From positions 1-33,073 of the forward strand of contig JASLJP010000198.1 of the NCBI GenBank assembly GCA_030152425.1: a DNA stretch of 33,073 bases. Direction: 5' to 3'. Position numbers and translations under genes: made by a program. How positions within the stretch are numbered: position 1 is the stretch's first letter; the number at the start of each line of letters is the position of its first letter. The DNA comes from Aquirhabdus sp. (GTDB lineage Bacteria; Pseudomonadota; Gammaproteobacteria; Pseudomonadales; Moraxellaceae). The notes beneath the pieces are model-generated. The model made no database searches. It was given only the letters and a program-made list of their open reading frames with translations, and had not been told where the DNA came from. Of this stretch, positions 1 to 8,953 are shown one piece after another.

Positions 1-264
1 GGTCAGCATGGCCGCATCAATGTCGACGTGCTGAGCCTGTCCAACGACAGTGTACAAATCAGCATCGCCGACAACGGCCCCGGCATCTTGGATGCTGAAA
101 AGCCCAAAGTCACCGAGCGCTTCTATCGCGGCAGCGCAAGCAATGACACACCGGGTGTGGGGTTGGGATTAACCTTGGTTGATGCCGTGGCACGGCTGCA
201 TGGCGGGCGTTTGGAGCTGGAAGATAATCATCCGGGGCTACGGGCGCGGATCGTGATTGGGTGA
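1..264 (+). CDS. Sensor histidine kinase, C-terminal HATPase_c fragment (5' end outside window)
   Basis: Frame is open from base 1. Contains IADNGPGI (G1 box), ERFYRG (F box) and GVGLGL (G2 box). Confidence 0.9.
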   Translation, partial: GQHGRINVDVLSLSNDSVQISIADNGPGILDAEKPKVTERFYRGSASNDTPGVGLGLTLVDAVARLHGGRLELEDNHPGLRARIVIG

Positions 265-286
265 GTTGCTTCCCCCCACAGCCGAT

Positions 287-325
287 AAAAAACCGCCCAA
301 CTCATGCCGAATTGGGCGGTTTTTT
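287..325. terminator. Bidirectional intrinsic terminator
   Basis: AAAAAACCGCCCAA...TTGGGCGGTTTTTT inverted repeat with A and T tracts, between convergent genes. Confidence 0.9.
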
Positions 326-345
326 CATCGCAGCGTCGTGCACGT

Positions 346-1500
346 TTAGAAATTAAAATTGACGTTCGTGGCACTACTGGTGGTGATATTCACCGGTGTG
401 GTTTGAACTGCACCGCTCACCGTGTCTTTCGCTTGGATGCTGTACTGTCCGGCGACTACACCGTCAGAGGCCAAGGTCACAGGCAGCGTGCCATTATACG
501 TGCCGACAAAGGACGAGGACCCCGCAGGCAATGCCAGCGAATACGCACCGCTGGTGACGCGCGAGGCGATCTCGTAACTCGCGCCCAATAGGGTCTGCGA
601 TGCGCGGACGACCACCGCATCACTGCCGGAGACGGTACCCGCCACCGTCAGGTAGGTCGAGGCCGGTGTAGAGATCGGTGCGACTGCGGTCGATACCGTG
701 GTATCAGCGCTGGCAACGACCGGCACGGCGCGGATCACGGCATTGGCATAGCCTTTGTCGACCACCACCACATCATACTTGCCGTTGCTGCTGCTCTGAA
801 CCAGCGGCGACAGAGTAAAGCTGCCATCTGCATTGGCGATGGTGCCTTTGATCACCACGCCATTTTGCTCGGCATAGACGGTCGCACCCGCTTCCGCCGG
901 AGAAACAAAGCCTTTGATCCTGCCGCTGACCACCACCGGCGTGGCGGTGACAACGGGCTTCAGACTGTATTTGCCATTGCCTTTTTGTACCACCGAGCTG
1001 CAGGCGTCAAAGTCCAGCACCAGATCGGTCAAGGTATCCGGCTGCACCGTGAAGTTACCGACGACTTTATAGCCGCTTTGCGTGGCGCTCGGCGTCGACA
1101 GGATCACTTCAGGCTCATCCGCACCCGTCGGGCCGGTCGGCACGATGGTATTGCCATTGGCCACGAGCACGAGGCGGATCTGTTGGTACTTACCGGCCGG
1201 CAGTGGAATCTGACCGAGTTGCGCCAGTACACCATTGGTCAATGACAGCAGGTCCACACGCAGCGGTGTGGCCAGCGTCAGTGTTTCCCAGCCTGACTCT
1301 GTATCGCTGGCATTGGCACTGGTGTGGACGCGGATTTGTTTGACGGTGACCCAGACATGGTTAAAACCGCAGGACGGATTGTCCGTCATGGACACGTTGA
1401 GCGTTCCTGAACCACTGGGCGTCGTGTCGTCGCCACCGCCGCCGCATCCTGCCAGCGCCAAAGTTGCCGCCAGCAGGGTCAATGGATAAATAGATTTCAT
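346..1500 (-). CDS. DUF4382-domain lipoprotein with C-terminal carboxypeptidase-regulatory/Ig-like beta domains
   Basis: Lipobox LAGC; LNVSMTDNP..GFNHVWVTV, YQQIRL and LVLDFD motifs typical of DUF4382; GAGGAG Shine-Dalgarno. Confidence 0.85.
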   Translation of the reverse strand: MKSIYPLTLLAATLALAGCGGGGDDTTPSGSGTLNVSMTDNPSCGFNHVWVTVKQIRVHTSANASDTESGWETLTLATPLRVDLLSLTNGVLAQLGQIPLPAGKYQQIRLVLVANGNTIVPTGPTGADEPEVILSTPSATQSGYKVVGNFTVQPDTLTDLVLDFDACSSVVQKGNGKYSLKPVVTATPVVVSGRIKGFVSPAEAGATVYAEQNGVVIKGTIANADGSFTLSPLVQSSSNGKYDVVVVDKGYANAVIRAVPVVASADTTVSTAVAPISTPASTYLTVAGTVSGSDAVVVRASQTLLGASYEIASRVTSGAYSLALPAGSSSFVGTYNGTLPVTLASDGVVAGQYSIQAKDTVSGAVQTTPVNITTSSATNVNFNF

Positions 1501-1512
1501 GATGACTCCTCA

Positions 1513-1526
1513 CCCTTTCCGTAGGG
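1513..1526 (-). promoter_or_regulatory. Putative CsrA/RsmA-binding hairpin
   Basis: mRNA reads CCCU-ACGGAA-AGGG (ANGGAN loop on a 4-bp stem) immediately 5' of the GAGGAG Shine-Dalgarno. Confidence 0.45.
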
Positions 1527-1650
1527 ACGTTGATAGGGCGAGGGTATGCTTGTGCACGGGAAGCGAGGGTAACGATTTGTTCTTAAAGTATTAACGGCTC
1601 GACATTTAACATAACAACATGTTGATTTTTTGTGAGTTAAATTTGCACGC

Positions 1651-2034
1651 CTAAGACTCCTGACTCTTACCCGCCAGCTTATGCGCGTGATGCTCCCAGT
1701 TTTGCCCGTCAAAATGTTCGATCACCAGCTGTTCGGGGCGCGTGTCGAGGCAGCGGACGTTGACGTCGACCCCATCGGGGTTGGAGCGTGGGATATAAAA
1801 GGATTTAACGCCGCAGACCTTGCAGAATTTATGCTGGGCGACACCCGTGCCGAAGGTATAAGTGGAGATGCTGTCCGCACCGCTGAGCAGTTTAAATTTG
1901 GACTGCGGCACGATCAGGTGCAGGAAACCGGCTTTCGCGCAGATCGAGCAATTGCACTCCTCACAGGTGATGATTTCCGGTGCTTCGACCTGAAACTGGA
2001 CTGCGCCGCAGTGGCAGCTACCGTGGTAGATCAT
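1651..2034 (-). CDS. GFA/CENP-V family zinc-binding protein
   Basis: GSCHCGAV, CNCSIC and FCKVCG motifs. Confidence 0.92.
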   Translation of the reverse strand: MIYHGSCHCGAVQFQVEAPEIITCEECNCSICAKAGFLHLIVPQSKFKLLSGADSISTYTFGTGVAQHKFCKVCGVKSFYIPRSNPDGVDVNVRCLDTRPEQLVIEHFDGQNWEHHAHKLAGKSQES

Positions 2035-2068
2035 GACTGTTCCCTCGTTTTTTTAAATTCGATCCAGA

Positions 2069-2743
2069 TTACGTCAGCCCGCGTCGATCCGCCTCCAGTG
2101 CCGCCTCGGCGCGCGAGGAGATATTGAGCTTGCGGTAGATGTCTTTGACATAACCCGAGGCGGTATGCTCGGAGATATGCAGGGTCTTGGCGGCTTGGCT
2201 GATGCGCATGCCACGGCCGATACAGCTCAAGACATCGGTTTCACGCGGGGTTAGCGGCGTCAGGCTGGCGGGCTTGGGCGTGGCGGCGCGCTCAGGACTG
2301 GCGTGAAAGTAACTCAGCATACGCCGTGCAATACTGGGAGACAAGGCAGGAATCCCCTCGGCGAGTAGCTTCAGGTGCTGCTGAAACACCGAATCGGTCT
2401 GGTCTTTGAGCAGATAACCCTGCGCACCTGCGGCCAGCGCATCAAACAGATGGCTGTCGTCGTCATAAATCGTCACGACGATGAGCTGCGTGTCGGGATG
2501 AGAGATCGCCATCTCGCGGATCAGGTCTACACCCGAGCCATCGGGTAGCCCGAGGTCGATCAAGGCCAGCACCGGTGCTGGATCGAGCCGTATCCGCTGC
2601 CGCGCATCCTGCAATGACGCGGCGCACTGGACGGTATAGATCGGGTATACCTGCCCGACCATCTCGAGCAGCCACTGACTGATCTCGAGCTGATCCTCGA
2701 CGATCAGCACATGGGGTGAGCGTCGCACATCGAGCGGCATCAT
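2069..2743 (-). CDS. NarL/LuxR-family response regulator
   Basis: REC domain (IVED, DLGLPDGSG, GAQGYLLK) plus LTPRE...IYRKLNISSR HTH; 4-nt overlap with the kinase stop codon. Confidence 0.95.
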   Translation of the reverse strand: MMPLDVRRSPHVLIVEDQLEISQWLLEMVGQVYPIYTVQCAASLQDARQRIRLDPAPVLALIDLGLPDGSGVDLIREMAISHPDTQLIVVTIYDDDSHLFDALAAGAQGYLLKDQTDSVFQQHLKLLAEGIPALSPSIARRMLSYFHASPERAATPKPASLTPLTPRETDVLSCIGRGMRISQAAKTLHISEHTASGYVKDIYRKLNISSRAEAALEADRRGLT

Positions 2744-4929
2744 ACGGTCACACTGCCGGGTAGCTGGACGGGAATTGCCACATGGACGGTCGTGCCATGA
2801 CCTGCGGACTCGATGCTGACGCGGCCGTGCAGTTTTTCAACCCGCAGTTTGAGATTGCCCAATCCATGACCGCTGCGTGGGTCTTTGGCCGTCGTGTCGC
2901 CGCCCACCATCCCAACCCCATCATCGCGGACGGTAGTCGACAGACCAGCAGCGCTATAGTCGGTGGTGATCTCGACGCTACTGGCTTGGGCGTGTTTGAC
3001 GATATTGCTGATCAGCTCGCGCATGATCGAAATATAGTTTTTATAGAGGCTGTAGCCCAATACCACATCGGTCTCAAACACTGGCAACGTCCACTGTAAG
3101 GCGATGCCTGCGGCCTCGAGGCGTTGCTCGGTTTCGTTATAGAGCTCCTGCATGACCACAGCCAACGCAAGCTGCCCACCAGCCAGACCGCTGACGATGG
3201 TGCGAATCTCGGCCAGTGAATGGCGGATGGTCTGGCGGGTCTGATCCATATCCTGCTGATGCAGGCCAAGCATGAGGCGCGAGCCGATGTCGTCGTGTAG
3301 GTCACGGGCGATCCGGCCACGCTCCTCCTGCGCGCCGCGATCGTAGGCCAGACGGCCATTGTCGGCTTGCTGCATCAGGGTCAGGAGCTGTGATGCCAGC
3401 GTCACATCCCGCGCGGAAAACAGCGTGCGCCCCTGCCATGGATAGTCAAGCTGCAGGGCAGGCACACCGGTCGTGGCGGGCAATAGCAGCCCTAATCCGT
3501 TTTTTTCGATACTCACCGTGCTGATCTGACGGTCGGTCAGCGGGTGGATATGCAGCGGATCGAATAGCTGCTGTACCAATGCCTGCCAGCGCTGGGCGCG
3601 CTCCTGTGTCGAGGTGGCAAAGGACACCTCGATGATGTTTTTAAACAGCTCCGGCTCTTTCATCTTGCGCTGCGGCATGATGCGCTGCTGAATCCAGCCG
3701 CGTACCGGCAGCCAGATCAAAGCGCAGATCAGCGTTGCCAGACCCAGTGATAGTGCCGGCTCCAGCTTGATGATCAAGATCGCATCCAAGGCGATCAACG
3801 CCAGTGCACCCGCGACCCAATACAAAATCCGAAACGCCCATTCGTCCAAGTCAAACAGTCGATAGCGACGTAGCCCCAGCGCCAGACCGATATTCATGAG
3901 CAGAAAAAACCCAAAGGCGTAGCCCTGCGACAGCCCCAACTGCACGCCGATCAACGATGAGCTCTGCACCAAGAATACAAACAGCCCGCAACTGGTCAGT
4001 ACCGAGACCGCAAACCAGCGCAGTGCCGCGCGCGCCATCGGATCACGGCGACTGGCGAGCCACTGCCACCCGGCGAACAGGATGGCGATAAGCATTTCCA
4101 AGGTCACGGGCAGATCGCTGCCGGTACTCGGATCGGGCAACGCCTGCAGGGCATCCAGCACAAACCAGCCCATAAACAGCACAGGGATCAGCCACAGGTA
4201 GATCGGCTTGACCAGCTGTTTCGGATAAGACAAAAACAGCGCCATCAGTGCGCAGCCAAAAAGGTACGAACCGCAGGTATTGACAAGCATCAGGGTATGA
4301 AAATAATCGCCCGCCAACGCCAGATCACGCGTGCTATAGATCGCCGCCGGAAAGGCAAACAGTGGATACGTGCAGTTCATAAGACCAAACATACGCGCGC
4401 CCATATCGTACGGTCGCAGCACCCAGATCCAGCAGCCGAGCATAAAGCCGAGACTGCTGACGATGAGCTGAAACCAAAAGACCGCCGGTAGGCTGCTGAG
4501 GGTGCGGGGTACGGGGTGGATGGTGTGGGTCGTTGACGTGCCGTCGGCTGCGCGGAGTTGCAGGTCGATACTGGGCGACTGCAAGATCTGCCATAGCTGC
4601 TGCTGGCGGCTAAACAGGGTGTTCATATCGGCATAGCTGGCGACGGTGTGCGGGTCTTCGCGCACATCGTCCGGCATCACATCCAGCCCCGTAGGGTCGG
4701 CGGCGCTGCTCACATGGCTGATCACCGCCAAAGGCACCTGCGCCGACGGGCCTTGAACCGCTGAAATCGAGACGGCCTGATCCTCAGCGCTAAAGCGCAG
4801 ACCGGTCCATGGGCTTTGCAGTGCCAGCCACGTGACCAGCACGGCCAATACGGTGATGAGTCCCCCTGCTGCTAATAACAGCTCCCCCGGAGATCTTTTT
4901 TGCGCATTCATCATGAAACTTATATCCAT
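2740..4929 (-). CDS. Multi-TM sensor histidine kinase, HisKA_3 type (start may be 4914)
   Basis: N-terminal TM, periplasmic domain, about 8-9 hydrophobic helices, ERGRIARDLHDDIG H-box, NIVKHA, DDGVG, GHGLGN. Confidence 0.93.
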   Translation of the reverse strand: MDISFMMNAQKRSPGELLLAAGGLITVLAVLVTWLALQSPWTGLRFSAEDQAVSISAVQGPSAQVPLAVISHVSSAADPTGLDVMPDDVREDPHTVASYADMNTLFSRQQQLWQILQSPSIDLQLRAADGTSTTHTIHPVPRTLSSLPAVFWFQLIVSSLGFMLGCWIWVLRPYDMGARMFGLMNCTYPLFAFPAAIYSTRDLALAGDYFHTLMLVNTCGSYLFGCALMALFLSYPKQLVKPIYLWLIPVLFMGWFVLDALQALPDPSTGSDLPVTLEMLIAILFAGWQWLASRRDPMARAALRWFAVSVLTSCGLFVFLVQSSSLIGVQLGLSQGYAFGFFLLMNIGLALGLRRYRLFDLDEWAFRILYWVAGALALIALDAILIIKLEPALSLGLATLICALIWLPVRGWIQQRIMPQRKMKEPELFKNIIEVSFATSTQERAQRWQALVQQLFDPLHIHPLTDRQISTVSIEKNGLGLLLPATTGVPALQLDYPWQGRTLFSARDVTLASQLLTLMQQADNGRLAYDRGAQEERGRIARDLHDDIGSRLMLGLHQQDMDQTRQTIRHSLAEIRTIVSGLAGGQLALAVVMQELYNETEQRLEAAGIALQWTLPVFETDVVLGYSLYKNYISIMRELISNIVKHAQASSVEITTDYSAAGLSTTVRDDGVGMVGGDTTAKDPRSGHGLGNLKLRVEKLHGRVSIESAGHGTTVHVAIPVQLPGSVTV

Positions 4930-5081
4930 TTGCGCTCGTGCGCGGATCGTGCCGAGACGTCTAAAGTGTGAAATGGGTCATATCATATGCTGGATTAGTG
5001 TCCAGATGCACTGTCCGATTTCAGTCTGGCGACGAGTAGCATGCTGTTTCGTCTGCATCTTTTGTGTCAGCGCCTCAACGC

Positions 5082-5115
5082 AAAAAACTAAGGCCCCCAG
5101 ACACTGGACCTTAGT
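5082..5115 (-). terminator. Probable intrinsic terminator of the 5150-6169 lipoprotein gene
   Basis: ACTAAGG..CCAG/CTGG..CCTTAGT stem followed by a U tract on the minus strand. Confidence 0.6.
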
Positions 5116-5149
5116 CGTTGTACCGCGACAGCTTTGGTTCGGCTACGCC

Positions 5150-6169
5150 TTAATGGTAGGTGTAGTCGATGGTATAGCTGATGGCAATGGGACTGGTGAC
5201 CTGAGCAGTGATGCGGCCAGTAGTGCCATTAAAATCACAAGATAAGATACTGAAGTTAGCAAGGTTTTTGTACGCGTCCTGAGTATTGGGTGCCGAGCAG
5301 AACTCTGACTTGTTGGCAGGTTTGGGCACGTTGTTGATGGTGACCTTCGGTGAGGCAAAGCCGCTGACCGTGGTGACGATATCTAGACTATACGAGCCGG
5401 TCGGCACGGGGTTGCCGCCGCTGGTGACATCTTTGAGATCAAAGGTGATGCCGCTGGTGTCGATTGACGCCGACCAGCTAAAGGACGACTCGCCGTTTTT
5501 GACATCATAGCTACACAGCGATGCGCTGCAGTTGTAGCTGATCTTGATCTGGTCGAGCACGGCGTCATAGCCTGTGTGCGATCCGGCGACGAAATTGAAT
5601 TTAAACGGGTTGATCTTCGGCACATCGGTCAGGCCTTTGGCGGTCAGGATCGCGCTGAGGTTGGCGGTGACTTTTTTGGCCGAGGCCAGTACTTTGGCAT
5701 CGTTGAGTGAGGCTGTCGCCCATGCGCTGACCAGTGCGGCCAGCGGTTTATTGTCATTGGCATCAAGCAGGGCTTGGGTGGTCAGCGAGGTGACGTTGGT
5801 TTTGCCTACCGCTGCGGCGTAGGAGTATAGGTCTTTGGTCGGATCGCCCGATGGATCGATGCCGTGCAGCAAATAAGGCGCGCCCTCTGCGACGACGACG
5901 CTATAGCTGCCATCGGCATTGACGGTTACCGGTGCGGACTTCACACCGGCTTTGTTGACCGCTTCGATCTTACCGACGAAGGCTTTACCGGTCGCGGCAG
6001 TACCCGTCAGCGTGACGTTGGCAGGGCCGGCTGGGGGTGCGGGTGTGTTGTCGTCGTCATTGTTGTTGCAGGCGGTCAGGGTGAGCGCCGTTACGGCAAG
6101 CAAGCCCACCCCGAAATGTAGACCCAGTTGGCTGAATTGTTTGAAGTTGCGCATTTTATCGTCTTCCAT
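5150..6169 (-). CDS. Lipoprotein of unknown function, paralog A (probable start 6154)
   Basis: Lipobox LTAC followed by NNNDDD; GTAATG, NVTSLT and YDAVLD motifs shared with the neighbouring gene; two Cys pairs in the C-terminal half. Confidence 0.85.
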   Translation of the reverse strand: MEDDKMRNFKQFSQLGLHFGVGLLAVTALTLTACNNNDDDNTPAPPAGPANVTLTGTAATGKAFVGKIEAVNKAGVKSAPVTVNADGSYSVVVAEGAPYLLHGIDPSGDPTKDLYSYAAAVGKTNVTSLTTQALLDANDNKPLAALVSAWATASLNDAKVLASAKKVTANLSAILTAKGLTDVPKINPFKFNFVAGSHTGYDAVLDQIKISYNCSASLCSYDVKNGESSFSWSASIDTSGITFDLKDVTSGGNPVPTGSYSLDIVTTVSGFASPKVTINNVPKPANKSEFCSAPNTQDAYKNLANFSILSCDFNGTTGRITAQVTSPIAISYTIDYTYH

Positions 6170-6187
6170 GGCGTAATAGAGGCACCA

Positions 6188-6234
6188 AGGTTACAAAAAA
6201 CCATCAATGTAAAACACCCCGCGAATCGGGGGTA
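6188..6234 (-). promoter_or_regulatory. Putative activated promoter: ACCCC-N8-GGGGT box (6215-6234) plus -10 TAACCT (6188-6193)
   Basis: Box matches the one at 8289-8308 at 14/20 positions, with similar spacing to a TAnnnT hexamer. Confidence 0.55.
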
Positions 6235-6273
6235 TTTGTGGCTAATTTCATGTACACGCCGCCGTTGCTACAT

Positions 6274-6304
6274 AAAAAAAACAGTGGCGCACTCGGCACC
6301 ACTG
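6274..6304 (-). terminator. Intrinsic terminator of the 6382-8202 lipoprotein gene
   Basis: Minus strand CAGTGGTGC-CGAGT-GCGCCACTG followed by an 8-nt U tract. Confidence 0.85.
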
Positions 6305-6381
6305 CTGTCCTGTTTTGTACTGCTTTTTTACGACTGTTTCCTGCGTTTAGCGGGGGCAAACCGCATGGAATGGGCAGCTAT

Positions 6382-8202
6382 TTACGGAGTACAGGACAAA
6401 AATCCATTGGCATTGGAGGTTGCCGAGGTGGTTTTGTAGGCATGATCAAAGGTGATCGCCAAGGTACGCACCGCAGCAAGGTTGCTGGCATCGGCAAACT
6501 CCACCGCGTTGGTACTGCTGCTGGTCGCGGCAAAGAAGGTCTTATCGGTCACGCTATGCAGGTGATTGGCGGTAAACGCATCGCTGCCAAACTGCGCTGT
6601 ACCCGCTGCCGTCACGATCAACTGTTGCGCGCCCGGCGGTGTACTGCCCAGCCCTGAGCAACTCGATAGGGTTTCGCTGCGTGGCAAGGAGGTAAAGAGG
6701 GTCGGAATGGCGCTGACCACTTGGCTGCTGGCGCTAGGCGCGGTATGACCCGTATGGCTATAGCAGACCTGCACTTTGTCATTGACGAAAGCGCTGTTTG
6801 GATAAAACGAGCCATCTGCTTTCCAGCCCAGCACGACATAGTTGCCGCCGTGCTGTTCGATCTTAAGATCCAGACTGGTGAGCGTGCTGCTCAGATCACG
6901 ATGAAACTCCAAGGTGCTGGTGCCCTTATGCGTGGCATCCACCAGCGGTTGGCCGTTCAGCGTGCTGCTGCCGTCGGCCTTGATGGTGACGTTGATCGGC
7001 GTGGTCGCACCGATCGGGCCACCTTCGCTGCACTGCAGCACATAGTCGCCGGGCAATACCGTGTTGTACACCTTGCCCAGTATGCCGTTGCTGGCTGGCG
7101 TGGTCGGTGGGGTTACGGGCGGTGTGACTGGAGGTGTAGTCCCTTTTTCACCAAAGAAATAGTCGGGGCTACCGGTGAAGTCCGGCCCTTCGGTGGTGAT
7201 CTTGCCGGCCGTGTCTTTAAACACATTGACGCGGAAATTGGTGGTCTTGCTGGCTAAGATGAGCAACCCTTGGCCATTGCTCTGTACGAATGGACCGCAG
7301 ACATCGGAGGCGGTGGCCGTTTGGCCGTTGAGGGTGATGTTGCCATTGGTAGCGATGGTCAGCGGTGTCGCGGTCGTACTGCTGCCGATCTTGACCTGAT
7401 AGGTGCCAACAAAAGGCGTCAGGTCTGACAAAGCCGCTTTAGGTTTAGTAATGCTGGCACAGGTCAGCGGCTCGGAGGGTGGGGTCAGTACGGGTGCAGT
7501 GGGCAGTGAGCCACCGCCGATAAAACTGCTGACCAAGGCGGGATAGTCTGATGCGGCGGCATTGAGCGCTCTGCCCAGCGCATCCAGCAGCGTGTCATAG
7601 AGGTCGCTTGCTAGCTCAGGGGTCAACTTGCTGGTCAGTGGATTAAAGTTTGGCGTCGTCGGCCAGACATAGCCTTTGGCCGTGAATGCGGTTTTAAGCG
7701 CTGCGGTGGCAGAAGCAATTGCCTCGGCATTGGGCAGATTGGTCGCAACCGGATGTGCCAGCCAAGACGCCGCATCGACCGAGCCGTGCTGTAGGGCTTT
7801 GATCAGTACCAAATCGGTCAACGGGGTGATGTTGAGTGGCACTTGTGCGCCATTGGTCGTAGTCACGCTATGCAGGGTCACACCGGCGGGCAATGTCCCG
7901 CCGCTGACTGCTGCCGCACAGGGCAGGCTGTCCGTACGTACTTTGGCGGTATAGACGCCGCCGCTATTGGTGGTAATCAAAGGCGCAGCCTTGCCATAGG
8001 TATGTCCACCGCCACAGGTGAGCACGACATGTGCGCCACTGACCGCCTGACCCACTGCAGCCGTACCCGAGACCGTGCTGGTCGGTGCGCTAGGCGTAGG
8101 GGGATTGGCCGCAAGCGTGCTGTCGTCGGTATCGTGACAACCCGTCAGCGCGAGGGCGCCCACACATACAGCACTGATTAAATTATAATTAAAGCGTCCC
8201 AT
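6382..8202 (-). CDS. Large modular lipoprotein of unknown function, paralog B (ORF track start 8262; likely start 8202 or 8208)
   Basis: Lipobox LTGC followed by HDTDD; GTAAVG, NITPLT and YDTLLD motifs; Pro/Thr linkers and three divergent beta-rich C-terminal modules. Confidence 0.85.
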   Translation of the reverse strand: MGRFNYNLISAVCVGALALTGCHDTDDSTLAANPPTPSAPTSTVSGTAAVGQAVSGAHVVLTCGGGHTYGKAAPLITTNSGGVYTAKVRTDSLPCAAAVSGGTLPAGVTLHSVTTTNGAQVPLNITPLTDLVLIKALQHGSVDAASWLAHPVATNLPNAEAIASATAALKTAFTAKGYVWPTTPNFNPLTSKLTPELASDLYDTLLDALGRALNAAASDYPALVSSFIGGGSLPTAPVLTPPSEPLTCASITKPKAALSDLTPFVGTYQVKIGSSTTATPLTIATNGNITLNGQTATASDVCGPFVQSNGQGLLILASKTTNFRVNVFKDTAGKITTEGPDFTGSPDYFFGEKGTTPPVTPPVTPPTTPASNGILGKVYNTVLPGDYVLQCSEGGPIGATTPINVTIKADGSSTLNGQPLVDATHKGTSTLEFHRDLSSTLTSLDLKIEQHGGNYVVLGWKADGSFYPNSAFVNDKVQVCYSHTGHTAPSASSQVVSAIPTLFTSLPRSETLSSCSGLGSTPPGAQQLIVTAAGTAQFGSDAFTANHLHSVTDKTFFAATSSSTNAVEFADASNLAAVRTLAITFDHAYKTTSATSNANGFLSCTP

Positions 8203-8260
8203 CTGCATCCCCGATTTCTTTAAAATCAATCGCCAAGCATGGCTGATCTGTATACCAGCC

Positions 8261-8308
8261 AAGCTAACAGAGGGAAGGCAGGATTGGGTACCCCCTGTTT
8301 AAGGGGAG
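8261..8308 (-). promoter_or_regulatory. Putative activated promoter: ACCCC-N8-GGGGA box (8289-8308) plus extended -10 TGtTAGCTT (hexamer 8261-8266)
   Basis: Same box and near-identical geometry as the paralog A promoter. Confidence 0.55.
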
Positions 8309-8309
8309 A

Positions 8310-8762
8310 CTACTGCATTTGCACTGGATTGGTGAGTGCATCGACGACGTTTTTCGGCGAACCGTCGTTTTGTGGCGTAGATCTGCTGCGATCTGTGGAC
8401 TGCGTGGCATGCACCTGCATATTCGACGACTCGGTGTCATGCTGCTGCTTGCGTTGTCCTTGTTGCGGATTGCGCTGTACACGGGCGCTCTCGGTATCTT
8501 GGGACATCATGGCATTGGCTTCTTCGGCCACGATGTTACGACTACTGTCGAAGTCCGGCGCTAAAATTTCTTTGCTGCCTTTGGCATGCAGGCGCAGGCG
8601 CTGCATGGATTGGGATTTATTGAGCACGGGAGACTGGGCGCTATAGTGCACGCTACCATCCTCCCCCACCCATTTAAACAGTGCCCCTGCCTGTGCCAAT
8701 GTCATCCCCATCAGCCATACAGCCAGCCCTGCACCCAAATAACCTGTTGTTTTTATAAACAT
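8310..8762 (-). CDS. Secreted DUF4124-domain protein
   Basis: Signal peptide ending AQA, then LFKWVGEDGSVHYS; low-complexity Q/S-rich tail. ATG at 8762 preferred over 8792. Confidence 0.8.
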   Translation of the reverse strand: MFIKTTGYLGAGLAVWLMGMTLAQAGALFKWVGEDGSVHYSAQSPVLNKSQSMQRLRLHAKGSKEILAPDFDSSRNIVAEEANAMMSQDTESARVQRNPQQGQRKQQHDTESSNMQVHATQSTDRSRSTPQNDGSPKNVVDALTNPVQMQ

Positions 8763-8953
8763 CCTGTAATCCCCTGACCCGTCGGCATCCATTGCCGATC
8801 TGCAAGGCAGGCATGCAAAGCGCGTGCCCTAAGCACAAACCCTTATATCTCGGCCTTGCCAGCGCATCGGGCGCAGCACTGCACTGACCTAAAGTGTCAC
8901 TAAGCACCCAAACGTATCCCGCCCGCGCGGGATCATCCGTGTAGGGCAGAAAT

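Noticed and set aside
1582..1597. CTTAA..TTAA as a PmrA/QseB-type box
   Set aside because: Repeat period is 8 bp, not the 11 bp expected.
7095..7140. Short tandem repeats, here and at 21740-21765
   Set aside because: They encode Pro/Thr linkers with synonymous variation; not CRISPR arrays or contingency loci.
8209..8262. Upstream start of the large lipoprotein at 8262
   Set aside because: A TTG start overlapping the predicted -10 element; ATG 8202 or 8208 gives a normal-length lipoprotein signal.
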